The notes under the pieces were generated by a model that saw only the letters and a program-made list of their open reading frames with translations, did no database searches and was not told where the DNA came from. From an uncultured Planctomycetaceae bacterium (GTDB taxonomy: Bacteria; Planctomycetota; Planctomycetia; Planctomycetales; Planctomycetaceae), in contig CAWFAK010000009.1 in NCBI GenBank assembly GCA_963813715.1, positions 480,001 through 544,000 on the forward strand: 64,000 bases of DNA. Direction: 5' to 3'. Below are positions 1 to 10,816 of this stretch, piece by piece; within the stretch, counting starts at the first letter, position 1, and every line of letters starts with the position of its first letter. The translations under genes and the position numbers were made by a program.

Positions 1-394
1 GCCGCTTGAGCTCGGCCGCCGACGCCATGATCTCGTCAAAGTTGCGATAAGTCGTCGGCTCACCATCGCCGGAGAAGGCAATGTCGTTCAGCCGGCGGAG
101 CGGCGGCGGCACGTGGGCGAACTTGGGATCGTCAAAGATCCGCCCGCTCGACACGAATTCGAGCATCTGATCGAGCTCGTCCCAGAGGCGGGCCGTCTCG
201 ACGAATCGGGACTCGGCCTCGTTGCGGCGATCGACCTGGCAATAGATACAGTCGAAGTTGCACACCTTGTCCGGATTCAGATTGACGCCGATCGAAATCC
301 CCCCGCTACGGCGGGAAAGGACCGGGTAGACGAATTTATTCTCGCGATAAATTCGTCCATGGTCTGAGTAGAGAGCCAGCGGCCGGTCAGTCAC
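1..394 (-). CDS. Radical SAM protein (TYW1/wyosine-synthase-like family), runs off the left window edge
   Basis: Manual translation from GTG 394: MTDRPLALYSDHGRIYRENKFVYPVLSRRSGGISIGVNLNPDKVCNFDCIYCQVDR...IAFSGDGEPT. Contains CxxxCxxC and the GEPT motif. Not in the ORF track. Confidence 0.85.
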   Translation of the reverse strand, partial: MTDRPLALYSDHGRIYRENKFVYPVLSRRSGGISIGVNLNPDKVCNFDCIYCQVDRRNEAESRFVETARLWDELDQMLEFVSSGRIFDDPKFAHVPPPLRRLNDIAFSGDGEPTTYRNFDEIMASAAELKR

Positions 395-586
395 AAGTAC
401 CCCAATTCAACGAGCCTGTCCGGCAATTATACAATGCCGGGGCTCTGCGCATTAAGGGACCGAAATAATGTACTGCTCAGACACACCTGGTCCCACTGGC
501 GTTCGCGGGGCTCAAACTCGCATTGTCCAAAGGTCGCAGGTTGGATAGAACTCCGGCCCCAACAGGACCCAAAAAGGAGTCTAGAA

Positions 587-1177
587 ATGGTCGCCCGCAC
601 TTTCGTCGCATTCTGCGCGATTTTGAGCCTCACATCGTACTTGTCTGCCCAGGACCGTGATGACCGACGTGATGACCGGCGCGAGGAGCGCACGGACGAG
701 CGCCGCGAACAACGCCGCGAACAACGCTTCATCAACGGTCGCGTGGTCAAGGTCGTCGACGGGGATACGTGCCTCGTCGAGGATCGGGACGGCCGCCGCC
801 ACAATGTCTGCCTCTACGGAGTCGATGCACCGGAGAACGGGCAACCGTACTGGAAGGAAGCTCGCGAGGCGCTGTCTCGCAGGATCTACAACAAAGAAGT
901 CCGCTTTGCGCCGGTCGAGACCGATTCCGAAGGTCGCGCCTGCTGCAACCTCTATGTTGGCGACCGCCAGATCAACTTGGACCAGGTTCGCGAAGGTTAC
1001 GGCTGGCACCACACCGAGCACGAGCCGATCCGCGAATTCGCTGAAGCTGAACGCGTCGCCCGCGAGCACCACGCCGGACTGTGGGCAGATCGCCGCCCGG
1101 TCGAGCCGTGGAAATATCGCCATGAGCACCGCGAGGCGCGCCGCGATTCCGATCGCGAACGCGAGCGCGAACGCTAA
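587..1177 (+). CDS. Secreted thermonuclease (SNase-like) with D/E/R-rich termini
   Basis: VVKVVDGDT, LYGVDAPE..QPY, GLWAD..PVEPWKYR motifs; signal peptide; RBS AAGGAG at 574-579 before ATG 587. Confidence 0.88.
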   Translation: MVARTFVAFCAILSLTSYLSAQDRDDRRDDRREERTDERREQRREQRFINGRVVKVVDGDTCLVEDRDGRRHNVCLYGVDAPENGQPYWKEAREALSRRIYNKEVRFAPVETDSEGRACCNLYVGDRQINLDQVREGYGWHHTEHEPIREFAEAERVAREHHAGLWADRRPVEPWKYRHEHREARRDSDRERERER

Positions 1178-1295
1178 GAGCTTCAGACGCGGAAGCGGTT
1201 GTGTTTTTCAGATGTGAAACAGTGAGCGGTGTGTCGCCTGCAAATGGGCGATACACCGCTTACACTCGTAAGCGGCTCTTGGAATCGGCTCCCTT

Positions 1296-3431
1296 TCAAT
1301 TGGAGCCGACACGAGCCAGCTCGCCCCGGGGCCCGTCCTGAGCCTCTAGCAGGATCCGCTGCAAGCCGCCGAAGTCGAGCGGCTTAACGAAGTGATAGTC
1401 GAATCCGGCTTCGCTCGAGCGGCGACGGTGCTCTTGCTGGCCGTATCCGCTCAACGCAACCAGGAGCGCGCCACGCGTGTCGGCGTGTTGGCGGAGGCGC
1501 CGGGCCACTTCGTAGCCGTCGATTTCCGGTAAGCCCAGGTCGAGCACGACGGCTTGCGGACGGAATTCGTGGGCCACCTCGACCGCTTGCCGGCCGTCGT
1601 GCGCGGTGCGGACTTCGTGGTCGCCGTGCCGGAGCAGCCAGGCGAGGCTGTCGGCTGCGTCGGCGTTGTCGTCGACCACGAGCACGCGGAGCGGAGCCGC
1701 AGGTGACCGGTTCTCCAGCGGCGCGTCGGCAACCGCTTCGGGGTCGGGGGGCGACTCGATCGCCGGCAGTCGGACAGTGAACTCGCTGCCGCCGCCGGCG
1801 CCGCTGCTGGCCGCTTCCACGCGTCCGCCGTGCATTTCGACCAGGCGTTTGACCACGGTCAGGCCGACGCCCAGCCCGCCCTGCGAACGATCGAGCGAAC
1901 GCTCAACCTGCGTGAACAGCTCGAAGACTTTGGGCAGCATCTCGGCCGAAATGCCGATACCGTTGTCCGCCACGCGAAAGACGGCCTCTCCGCCGGATCG
2001 CTCGACGGTCAGCGCGATCAATCCGCCTCGCTGCGTGTATTTGGCCGCGTTGTTGAGCAGGTTCGAGAGCACCTGCGCCAAACGGACGCGATCGCAGCGA
2101 ACCCAGACCGGTTCTTCGGGCAGCGTCACCGTCATCTGGTGGCCAGATTCTTCGATCAGCGGCCGGCTCGTTTCCACGGCCGCGGCCACCACCGACGCCG
2201 CGTTCAGCACCTCGAGGTCGAGGCGAATCTTGCCACCGGTAATCCGCGACACGTCGAGCAGATCGTCGACGAGCCGCACCAGGTGCTTGGTCTGACGGTT
2301 GATGATCTCGCGGGCCCACTCGATCTCCGGCTGCCCGTCCCCTTTGAGCCGCAACACGTCGACGGCCGTGCGAATGGGGGCCAGCGGATTGCGCAGCTCG
2401 TGGGCGAGCATCGACAGGAATTCGTTTTTCTGGCGGTCGGCCCGCTCCAGATCCTTGTAAAGATTCGCGTTCTCCAGCGCCATCGCGGCCCGCGAGCCCA
2501 GGGCCTCGATCAACGTCCGATCGTCGGCACTAAACGGCGGCGCGGCCGAACCACGCTTGATGCCGAGCACGGCAAACGTCGATTTTTGCCCGGCGAGCGG
2601 CAGCAGGATCAGTCGCGGGTCCGATGCACCGAGCGCGGAGTCCGAGGGACGATCGAGGCCGGACGCCTGTGCGGATTGCGCCTGTGTCGAGTGCGCCTGT
2701 GTCGATTGCGATTGGCGAATGGCCGCTGCGATCTCGCTCGGCAGCGGGTCGAGACTCGCCAGCTCGGCAACCGACACCTCGTCACCTGTTGCGATGGCCT
2801 GCACGATCTGCCAACAGGGCCCCAACTCGTCCCAACGGGCGACCACGGCGTGCTCGCCCAAGGTCGGCACGGTCAGCCGCACCAGATCGCGGGCCGTCGC
2901 CGCATAGTCGAGCGAGCGACCGACAACCTCGGTGACCTGCGCGAGAAACCGCAGCCGCGAATTGGCCTCTTCGGCCGCGGCCCGCCGCACGCGCTCCTGG
3001 TCGAAGGCCAGCCGCTCCTCGCCCTGCCGCTTGATCTGCTCGGTCATGCGGAAGAGTTCGACGAACACGCGGACCTTAGCCCGCAGCACCTCCGGCACAA
3101 TGGGCGTTTGCAAGTAATCGACCGCCCCGTGCGCGTAGCCCCGGGCCGCGTGTACTTCGTCCGGAAACGCCGTCACGAAGATGATCGGCGTGTGCGAAGA
3201 GTGCTTGCGCCCGCGGATGAAGGCGGCCGTCTCGAAGCCGTCCATGCCCGGCATGTTGACGTCGAGCAGGATGACTGCGAAGTCGTTCGTCAGGACCGAC
3301 TTGAGCGCCTCTTCGCCGCAGTCGGCGAACGTCAGCTCAAGATCGAGCTCGCCCAAGATGGCACGATAGGCCAGCAGATTTTCGGGTCGGTCGTCGACCA
3401 GAAGAATCTTGATCTTATCGTTGCGCGACAT
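1296..3431 (-). CDS. Hybrid sensor kinase/response regulator (REC-GAF-HisKA-HATPase-REC)
   Basis: ILLVDD receiver, FLSMLAHELRNPLAPI H-box, NLLNNAAKY N-box, DNGIG, GGLGVGL, C-terminal receiver. Confidence 0.93.
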   Translation of the reverse strand: MSRNDKIKILLVDDRPENLLAYRAILGELDLELTFADCGEEALKSVLTNDFAVILLDVNMPGMDGFETAAFIRGRKHSSHTPIIFVTAFPDEVHAARGYAHGAVDYLQTPIVPEVLRAKVRVFVELFRMTEQIKRQGEERLAFDQERVRRAAAEEANSRLRFLAQVTEVVGRSLDYAATARDLVRLTVPTLGEHAVVARWDELGPCWQIVQAIATGDEVSVAELASLDPLPSEIAAAIRQSQSTQAHSTQAQSAQASGLDRPSDSALGASDPRLILLPLAGQKSTFAVLGIKRGSAAPPFSADDRTLIEALGSRAAMALENANLYKDLERADRQKNEFLSMLAHELRNPLAPIRTAVDVLRLKGDGQPEIEWAREIINRQTKHLVRLVDDLLDVSRITGGKIRLDLEVLNAASVVAAAVETSRPLIEESGHQMTVTLPEEPVWVRCDRVRLAQVLSNLLNNAAKYTQRGGLIALTVERSGGEAVFRVADNGIGISAEMLPKVFELFTQVERSLDRSQGGLGVGLTVVKRLVEMHGGRVEAASSGAGGGSEFTVRLPAIESPPDPEAVADAPLENRSPAAPLRVLVVDDNADAADSLAWLLRHGDHEVRTAHDGRQAVEVAHEFRPQAVVLDLGLPEIDGYEVARRLRQHADTRGALLVALSGYGQQEHRRRSSEAGFDYHFVKPLDFGGLQRILLEAQDGPRGELARVGSN
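2665..2709. repeat. In-frame 15-bp tandem repeat x3 encoding QS(T/A)QA-like units in the GAF region
   Basis: gcctgtgcggattgc / gcctgtgtcgagtgc / gcctgtgtcgattgc. Confidence 0.7.
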
Positions 3432-3480
3432 GCGGCCAACCTGCTGAGATGCGAAATGCCTCTGCCGACGCTAATACTCT

Positions 3481-3523
3481 TCCGCCCGCGCCCCTCGCGG
3501 GAGAGGCGTTGGGGATGAGGGGC
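3481..3523 (-). repeat. Degenerate CCCCTCATCCCCAACGCCTCTCCCGCGAGGGG palindromic (REP-like) element between the two kinase genes
   Basis: Minus strand reads gcccctcatccccaacgcctctcccgcgaggggcgcgggcgga; resembles, from recollection, the widespread CCCTCACCCCNNCCCTCTCCC...GGGAGAGGG repeat. Confidence 0.45.
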
Positions 3524-3532
3524 TCACGATCA

Positions 3533-6500
3533 TTAACGATGCAGCCATGCGCAACACGCCGAGCATCTGGTCCCCGTCGACGGGTTTGGCCAAGTAGTCC
3601 CAGGCTCCCGCTTCGAGGCACTTCTCGCGATCTCCCTTCATGGCCTTGGCCGTCACAGCGACGATGGGAACATCTTTCAGATTGTTGATCTTCCGGATTT
3701 CGCGCATCGTTTCCATGCCGTCCATTTCCGGCATCATGATGTCCATCAGCACGATGTCGATTCCCGGGTCCTCCTGCAACCGGCGAATGGCATCGCGGCC
3801 GTTGTCGGCCGAAACCACCAGCATCTCGTGATCCTCCAACACCGTCGACAGCGCGAAGATGTTGCGGATATCGTCGTCGACGACGAGCACCTTGCGACCG
3901 GCCAGGGGCTTGTCCGACTGGTGCAGGTCCAACAGGATCCGCCGCTTCTGCTCCGGCAGCCCGGCGATCGGACGGTGCAAATAAAATAGGGTGCGGTCGA
4001 GCACGCGATCCAGTGAACGCGCGGGAGAAATTGTCGCCGACTGCGACAACCGCCGCCACGGTTCCGGATTGAACTCTTCCTCCGTATAGAGCACCACCGC
4101 CGGGCGCCGCACGTCGGCCGCATGTTCCTCGGCCCAGTTGGCAAACGCGTCGGAAAATCGCCGCTCGGAAGCCTCGGCCACCACGCAATCGATATTTCCG
4201 TTCCGCAGTTCTTTGATCGCGGCGGGCACGTCCGACACGACGGTGACTTCAACGTCCTTAGTGCTCAGGCAGTCCTCGAGTTTCTGTCGCGTCTCGGCCG
4301 AAGGCGCGAAGAGCAAGACCTTCCGCGCCGCGCGGGCCGCGTAACCGCGCAGGTCGCCCAACAGATCGTCCAGCAGTTCGTGGCTGGAGATCGGCTTGGC
4401 GAGGAACGCGAGCGCCCCGGCACGGAACGCCCGGTCCCGCGATTCGTCGGTCGAGATCACGCACACGGGAATGTGCCGCAGCGCCACGTCGGCCTTCAGC
4501 CGTTCCATCACGCGCCAGCCGTCGATATCGGGCAGGTGCAGGTCGAGCGTGATGGCGTGCGGCTGATACTGCCGCACGAGCACTAAAGCGCTCGCCCCCA
4601 GCGACGTCACCAGGCCTTTCATGCCTTTGGCCCGTGCCGATTCGAGTAGATAGCGGGCAAAGCCTTCGTCGTTTTCGACGATCAATAGCACCTGGTCGCC
4701 CGGCTGGATGTCGTCGCGGTCGTCGCCCGCCTCGTTGACGAGCTCGTAGCCCGCCCCGCCTCCGGTGTCGTTCTCCGGCAGGACGTCTCTGATGGCCGTT
4801 CCCGCCCAACCCGGCGTGCAAGCCGCCGTTCGGACCGCCGTTGCCGCGCGGGCCGACCGGCTCGCGCACCGGTAGCCGCGCCGGCGAGCCAACGAACGTC
4901 TGACCGTGGGAGGCGCCGCGGGGCGCGTCGTCCGACATCGATTTGCGGCCGCTGCGGGGCGGCGAGAAGCGGATCGGCAGATAGAGCGTGAAATTACTGC
5001 CGCGACCCGGCGCCGACGAGAGCCGAATTTCGCCTCCGAGCAAACGTGACAGTTCGCGGCTGATCGCCAACCCCAGCCCGGTGCCACCATACTTGCGGTT
5101 GGTCGATCCATCGGCCTGCTGGAAGGCCTCGAAGATGATCTGCTGCTTGTCGGTCGCGATGCCGATGCCCGTGTCGGTGACTTCGAAGGCCACCATCCTT
5201 TGCGACGGGTTGGGCGTCTCGTCGGCATCCGTCCAGCCCCCGTCGAACCGAATGCACGCTCAGCTTGACCTGCCCGCGATGCGTGAACTTGAACGCGTTG
5301 GACAGCAGGTTCTTAATGATCTGCTGCAGCCGCTTGGCATCGGTGAAGATCGACTTGGGCAGGACCGGATCGAAATCGACTTCGAAATCGACGTTCTTCT
5401 GCTCGCCCACGTGCCGGAACGTGCGTTCGACGAAGTTTCGCAGATCGTCGAAGGGCAATTCCATCGCGTCGACCACGACCGTCCCCGACTCGATCTTCGA
5501 CAGGTCGAGGATGTCGTTGATCAGGGTCAACAGGTCGTTGCCGGACGAGTGGATCGTCTTGGCGAATTCGGTCTGCTTCGGATTGAGGTTGCCTTCCACG
5601 TTCTTGGAGAGCTGGTCGGAGAGAATCAGCAGGCTGTTGAGCGGCGTCCGCAGCTCGTGCGACATGTTCGCCAGGAACTCGGACTTGTACTTCGAGGTGA
5701 GGGCCAGCTGCTTGGCCTTTTCTTCCAGTTCCTGCCGGGCCTGCTCGACTTCCGCGTTCTTGCGTTCGACTTCCTGGTTCTGCTTGGCCAGCAGGCGGGC
5801 CTTTTCCTGCAGCTCTTCGTTCGTCTTCTGCAATTCTTCCTGCCGAGTCTGCAGCTGATGGGCCAGCGACTGCGACTGCTTGAGCAGGTCTTCCGTGAGC
5901 ATGTTGGCGTCGATCGTGTTGAGCACGATGGCGATCGACTCGGCCAGCTGCTCCAGGAAGGCCTGGTGCGTCGGGTTGAAGCCCTCGAAGGAGGCCAACT
6001 CGAGCACGCCGCGGACTTGCCCTTCATAAGTCAGCGGCAACACGAGCACGCTGCGGGGCGGCGCTTCGCCCAGTCCGGACGAGACGCGAATGAAGTCGGT
6101 CGGCACGCTGGTCAGCGAAATCTTCGACTTGTCGAGCGCACACTGCCCGACGAGCCCCTGCCCCAGATTGATCCGCTTGCCCGTCGCCGCGCCGTCGCTG
6201 CCGTAGCTGGCCAGGAGCTTGAGCTGCGGCTCGTTGCTCGACGAATCGAGCACGAAGAACTCGGCCTGGAGTGCGGTGACCACCGGGCACACTTCGGACA
6301 GAATCATGCGGCCGACGTTCGTCAGGTCGCGTTGGCCCTGCAGCATACGGCTGAACTTGGCCAGGTTCGTCTTCAGCCAGTCCTGCTCGGTGTTCTTCTG
6401 CGTGGTGTCACGCAGGTTGCGGATCATTTCGTTGATCGTGTCCTTGAGGGCGGCCACTTCTCCCTGAGCACCGACCTTGATCGATCGCGTCAGGTCGCCC

Positions 6501-9404
6501 TTGGTCACGGCCGTCGCCACTTCGGCGATGGCTCGCACCTGCGTCGTCAGGTTGGCGGCCAGCTGGTTCACGTTCTCGGTGAGGGCCTTCCACGTGCCGG
6601 CCGCACCGGGCACCTTGGCCTGACCGCCCAGCTGCCCTTCGACACCCACCTCGCGGGCCACCGTGGTCACCTGGTCGGCGAACGTGGCCAGCGTGTCGAT
6701 CATTTCGTTGATCGTCTCGGCCAGCTCGGCGATTTCGCCCTTGGCTTCCACCATCAGCTTCCGCTTGAGGTCGCCGTTGGCGACGGCCGTCACGACCTTC
6801 GCGATACCGCGGACCTGGCCGGTGAGGTTACTGGCCATGAAGTTCACGCTGTCGGTCAGGTCCTTCCACGTACCGGCGACGCCCGGCACATACGCCTGCC
6901 CGCCCAGCTTTCCTTCGGTGCCCACTTCGCGGGCCACGCGGGTCACTTCCGACGGCGAACGACCGCAGCTGATCGACCATCGTGTTGACGGTGTTTTTCA
7001 GCTCGAGAATTTCGCCCTTCACGTCGACGGTGATCTTCTTCGACAAGTCGCCGGCCGCGACGGCTTTCGTCACGTCGGCGATGTTTCGCACCTGGCCGGT
7101 GAGGTTACTGGCCATGAAGTTCACGCTGTCGGTCAGGTCCTTCCACGTTCCGCCGACGCCGGGCACGTCGGCCTGGCCGCCCAGCTTCCCTTCCGTTCCC
7201 ACTTCGCGGGCCACGCGGGTCACTTCGGCGGCGAACGACCGCAGCTGATCGACCATCGTATTGATGGTGTTTTTCAGCTCGAGAATTTCGCCCTTCACGT
7301 CGACGGTGATCTTCTTCGACAGGTTGCCGGTGGCGACGGCCGTCGTCACGTCGGCGATGTTTCGCACCTGGCCCGTCAGGTTACTGGCCATGAAGTTCAC
7401 GCTGTCGGTCAGGTCCTTCCACGTACCGGCGACACCGGGCACGTCGGCCTGGCCGCCCAGCTTCCCTTCCGTTCCCACTTCGCGGGCCACACGGGTCACT
7501 TCCGAAGCGAACGACCGCAGCTGATCGACCATCGTATTGATGGTGTTCTTCAGCTCGAGGATTTCGCCCTTCACGTCGACGGTGATCTTCTTCGACAGGT
7601 TGCCCGTGGCGACGGCCGTCGTCACGTCGGCGATGTTTCGCACCTGGCCAGTCAGGTTACTGGCCATGAAGTTCACGCTGTCGGTCAGGTCCTTCCACGT
7701 ACCGGCGACCCCAGGCACGTCGGCCTGGCCGCCCAGCTTCCCTTCCGTTCCCACTTCGCGGGCCACGCGGGTCACTTCGGCGGCGAACGAACTCAACTGA
7801 TCGACCATCGTGTTGATGGTGTCTTTGAGTTCCAGAATTTCGCCGGCGACCACCACCGTGATCTTGCGGGACAGGTCGCCGTTGGCGATGGCGGTCGCCA
7901 CCTCGGCGATGTTTCGCACCTGGCCGGTGAGATTACCGGCCATCATGTTCACGCTGTCGGTCAGGTCCTTCCACGTACCGGCGACGCCTTGCACGTCGGC
8001 CTGCCCGCCCAGCTTTCCTTCCGTTCCCACTTCGCGGGCCACACGGGTCACTTCCGAAGCGAACGACCGCAGCTGGTCCACCATCGTGTTGATGGTGTTT
8101 TTCAGTTCCAGAATTTCGCCGCGGACGTCGACGGTGATCTTCTTCGACAAGTCGCCCGTCGCGACAGCCTTCGTCACGTCGGCGATGTTTCGCACCTGGC
8201 CGGTCAGGTTGCCGGCCATCATGTTCACGCTGTCGGTCAGGTCCTTCCACGTGCCGGCCACCCCTTGCACGTCGGCCTGGCCGCCCAGCTTTCCTTCCGT
8301 TCCCACTTCGCGGGCCACGCGGGTCACTTCGGCGGCGAATGAACCGAGCTGGTCGACCATCGTGTTGATGGTGTTTTTCAGCTCGAGGATTTCGCCCTTC
8401 ACGTCGACGGTGATCTTCTTCGACAGGTCGCCCGTGGCGACGGCCGTCGTCACCTCGGCGATGTTTCGCACCTGGGCCGTCAGGTTACCGGCCATGCTGT
8501 TGACGCTGTCGGTCAGGCTCTTCCACGTACCGGCCACGCCTTGCACGTCGGCCTGGCCGCCCAGTTTTCCTTCGGTGCCCACTTCGCGGGCCACGCGGGT
8601 CACTTCCGACGCGAACGACCGCAGCTGGTCCACCATCGTGTTGATGGTGTTCTTGAGTTCCTGCACCTCGCCTTTCACGTCGACGGTGATCTTGCGGGAC
8701 AAGTCGCCGGCGGCGACGGCCGTCGTCACCTCGGCGATGTTTCGCACCTGGGCCGTCAGGTTGCCGGCCATGCTGTTGACGCTGTCGGTCAGGTCTTTCC
8801 AAGTGCCGGCGACCCCTTGCACGCGGGCCTGGCCGCCGAGTTTTCCTTCGGTGCCCACTTCGCGGGCCACGCGGGTCACTTCCGAAGCGAACGAGCCGAG
8901 CTGATCGACCATCGTGTTGATGGTGCGGGCCGTTTTGAGGAACTCGCCCTTCAGCGGCACGCCGTCGACTTCGAGGGCCATCGTCTGCGACAGGTCGCCC
9001 TGCGCGACGGCGCCGATGACGCGGGCCGTTTCGCTGGTCGGATGGACCAGGTCGTCGATCAACGAGTTGACCGAACGTGCCGACTCCTCCCAGAAGCCGC
9101 CGATGTCGGACAGCGGCATCCGCTCGGACAGTTTTCCCTCTTTGCCGGCCACGCGACGCAAGCGGGCCAGCTCGCCGGCCATCCGCTCGTTTAGCTCGAC
9201 GACTTCGTTGAAGGCGTCGGCCACTTTGCCTTCGACGCCCGTCCACTCGATCGGCAGCCGCACGCCCGACTTGCCTCGCTTGAGCGACGTGAGCGCGGAG
9301 AGCAGCGTGACCATCGCCGCGTGCGACGGGTCCGTCGCCGGCGCCGCGGGAGACGCGTTCTGCTCCTTGCCATCCTTAGCGTGGGGTTCTTGGAGCCGAG
9401 GCAT
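3533..9404 (-). CDS. Giant poly-HAMP hybrid histidine kinase (HAMP array-GAF-HisKA-HATPase-3xREC), split by frameshifts
   Basis: Joined from ORFs 6828-9434, 4994-6946, 4258-5196 and 3471-5228. Repeated [19 protein letters not shown] units, [36 protein letters not shown], receivers. RBS CAGGAG before ATG 9404; probable true end WLHR* at 3533. Confidence 0.88.
6680..8920 (-). repeat. Coding tandem repeat with 276-bp (92-aa) period, about 8 near-identical HAMP units plus one diverged
   Basis: Near-identical blocks recur at about 6970, 7247, 7523, 7799, 8075, 8351, 8627 and 8903. Confidence 0.9.
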
Positions 9405-9898
9405 GGGAACTCCTGTGGAATGCGCCGAAATCAATTTGGCGGTTTAGTGGGGATCCGTCGCGTACGAGAAATCGTCCGAGAACCTGCGGCAAGCGGAACG
9501 GGCAGCGAAGTGATTCACGGTGGATTGTGCCTCAAAAGAACTGGCTGCACGCGCATTTTCGAGAAGGGTGCGGAGATTTGCCAGTGTCGGCACAAGGGTG
9601 GAAATGTCTTGTCCAGAACGTCTAATCACAAACAGCGGCCCGCAAAACTTGCCTCGTGGGAACCTGCAGACGACGGAACCTCCTGCCCGCGCCAGCACGG
9701 GAGGAGGTGCCGCATCACTTTGTCGAAGTCGGGTATCAACAGCGCGACTGCGACGGGTGCCTTCAGGCAACGCCGTCGAGCGGTCGCCACATTGATCCGA
9801 GAGAGGCGGGCGATCTCACTGCCGCCCCTCGCGCTGACTTTCCTTCTCCTGCCCCAGTGTGATCAACTCGGAAATCCTCGACTCCCGGAATGAGCGGC

Positions 9899-10279
9899 TC
9901 ACCGCCACCCGTAGCCGTAGTCGTAATCACCGTTGTTCCCATTCCCGCTGTACGAGTAGTCGTAGGGTGGGAAATTATTAAAGTTGAGGCGGTCTCCGCG
10001 GGTCGCGCGTTCGTAAAGGTAGGGTCCGCCGTAGTTCTGCGGGTACAGTTGCGGACCGCCCATAAACGAAGAGTTGCCGCTATACTCATAGAGGTGTCCG
10101 ACGGCGTAAGGAGCCGGCGTCAGATAACCGTAGGCTCCGTAGCTGTAGTCAAGCGGTTGATACGAATAATGGTAAAAGGGAACGTTGCCGTTATAGTAAT
10201 CTTGAGCTTGGACGGCTCCGCTTGCGGCCAAAACCGCAAGCACAGCAATCGTCGCTGCCAGGTTGAATGTGTTTCGCAT
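9899..10279 (-). CDS. Small secreted Tyr/Gly/Pro-rich protein
   Basis: Signal peptide ending AVQA-QD; RBS GGAGA; shares motifs with the neighbouring gene. Confidence 0.75.
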   Translation of the reverse strand: MRNTFNLAATIAVLAVLAASGAVQAQDYYNGNVPFYHYSYQPLDYSYGAYGYLTPAPYAVGHLYEYSGNSSFMGGPQLYPQNYGGPYLYERATRGDRLNFNNFPPYDYSYSGNGNNGDYDYGYGWR

Positions 10280-10454
10280 CGTATGTCTCCACTTCTCTGT
10301 CGAGGCATCCGGCTAAGATCACTGGTGGAGACTGAGCTAAGTAGCCGCCTCCCGCGCTGACCTCGCTTTCCTGTTGCGCTGACCGCCCCTGCCTTAGCCT
10401 TCGCGGCGCGAGCGGTCAACCGGTGCTCGACTCCCAAGGTGAATTACTGACGTC

Positions 10455-10784
10455 TTACCACCAACCAAAACGGAAGCCGACCCGCCCAGTGTCGCCGAAG
10501 CGACCGTAGAGCAGCGGTCCGCCGTAGTTGTAGCCCGTCTGCGGATACGCTCCGTAGTAGTAGCTTCCGTAGTACGGATAAGTGGTTTGCGGCACGTTGC
10601 CGACGGCGTACGGCGCGGGTGCCCTGTAGCCATAGGCTCCGTAGTTGTAGTTCTGCGGAGTGTGGCCGTACGTATACGGAGCACCGTTGCGGTTGTTGTA
10701 GTCCTGGGCTTGAGCCGTGCTCGAGCCTGCCCACAAGAGCAGTCCCAGCGCGCCCGCGGCCATCAGGCTTGATCTCCATCGCAT
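10455..10784 (-). CDS. Small secreted Tyr/Gly-rich protein, paralogue of 9899-10279
   Basis: Signal peptide ending AQA-QD; YGAYGYxxPAPYAVG motif; C-terminal RVGFRFGWW. Confidence 0.75.
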   Translation of the reverse strand: MRWRSSLMAAGALGLLLWAGSSTAQAQDYNNRNGAPYTYGHTPQNYNYGAYGYRAPAPYAVGNVPQTTYPYYGSYYYGAYPQTGYNYGGPLLYGRFGDTGRVGFRFGWW

Positions 10785-10816
10785 GGTCCATCTTCCTTTC
10801 TGCCGAGAGGTCAGCT

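Noticed and set aside
113..367. 84-aa + strand ORF
   Set aside because: Antisense to the radical SAM gene that carries CxxxCxxC
1830..8342. Long + strand ORFs (1830-3518, 4988-6988, 6663-8342)
   Set aside because: Antisense shadows of high-GC kinase genes; no motifs or RBS
6680..8920. Regular long repeats as a CRISPR array or non-coding repeat
   Set aside because: Contiguous 276-bp coding units with no unique spacers; they translate to HAMP domains
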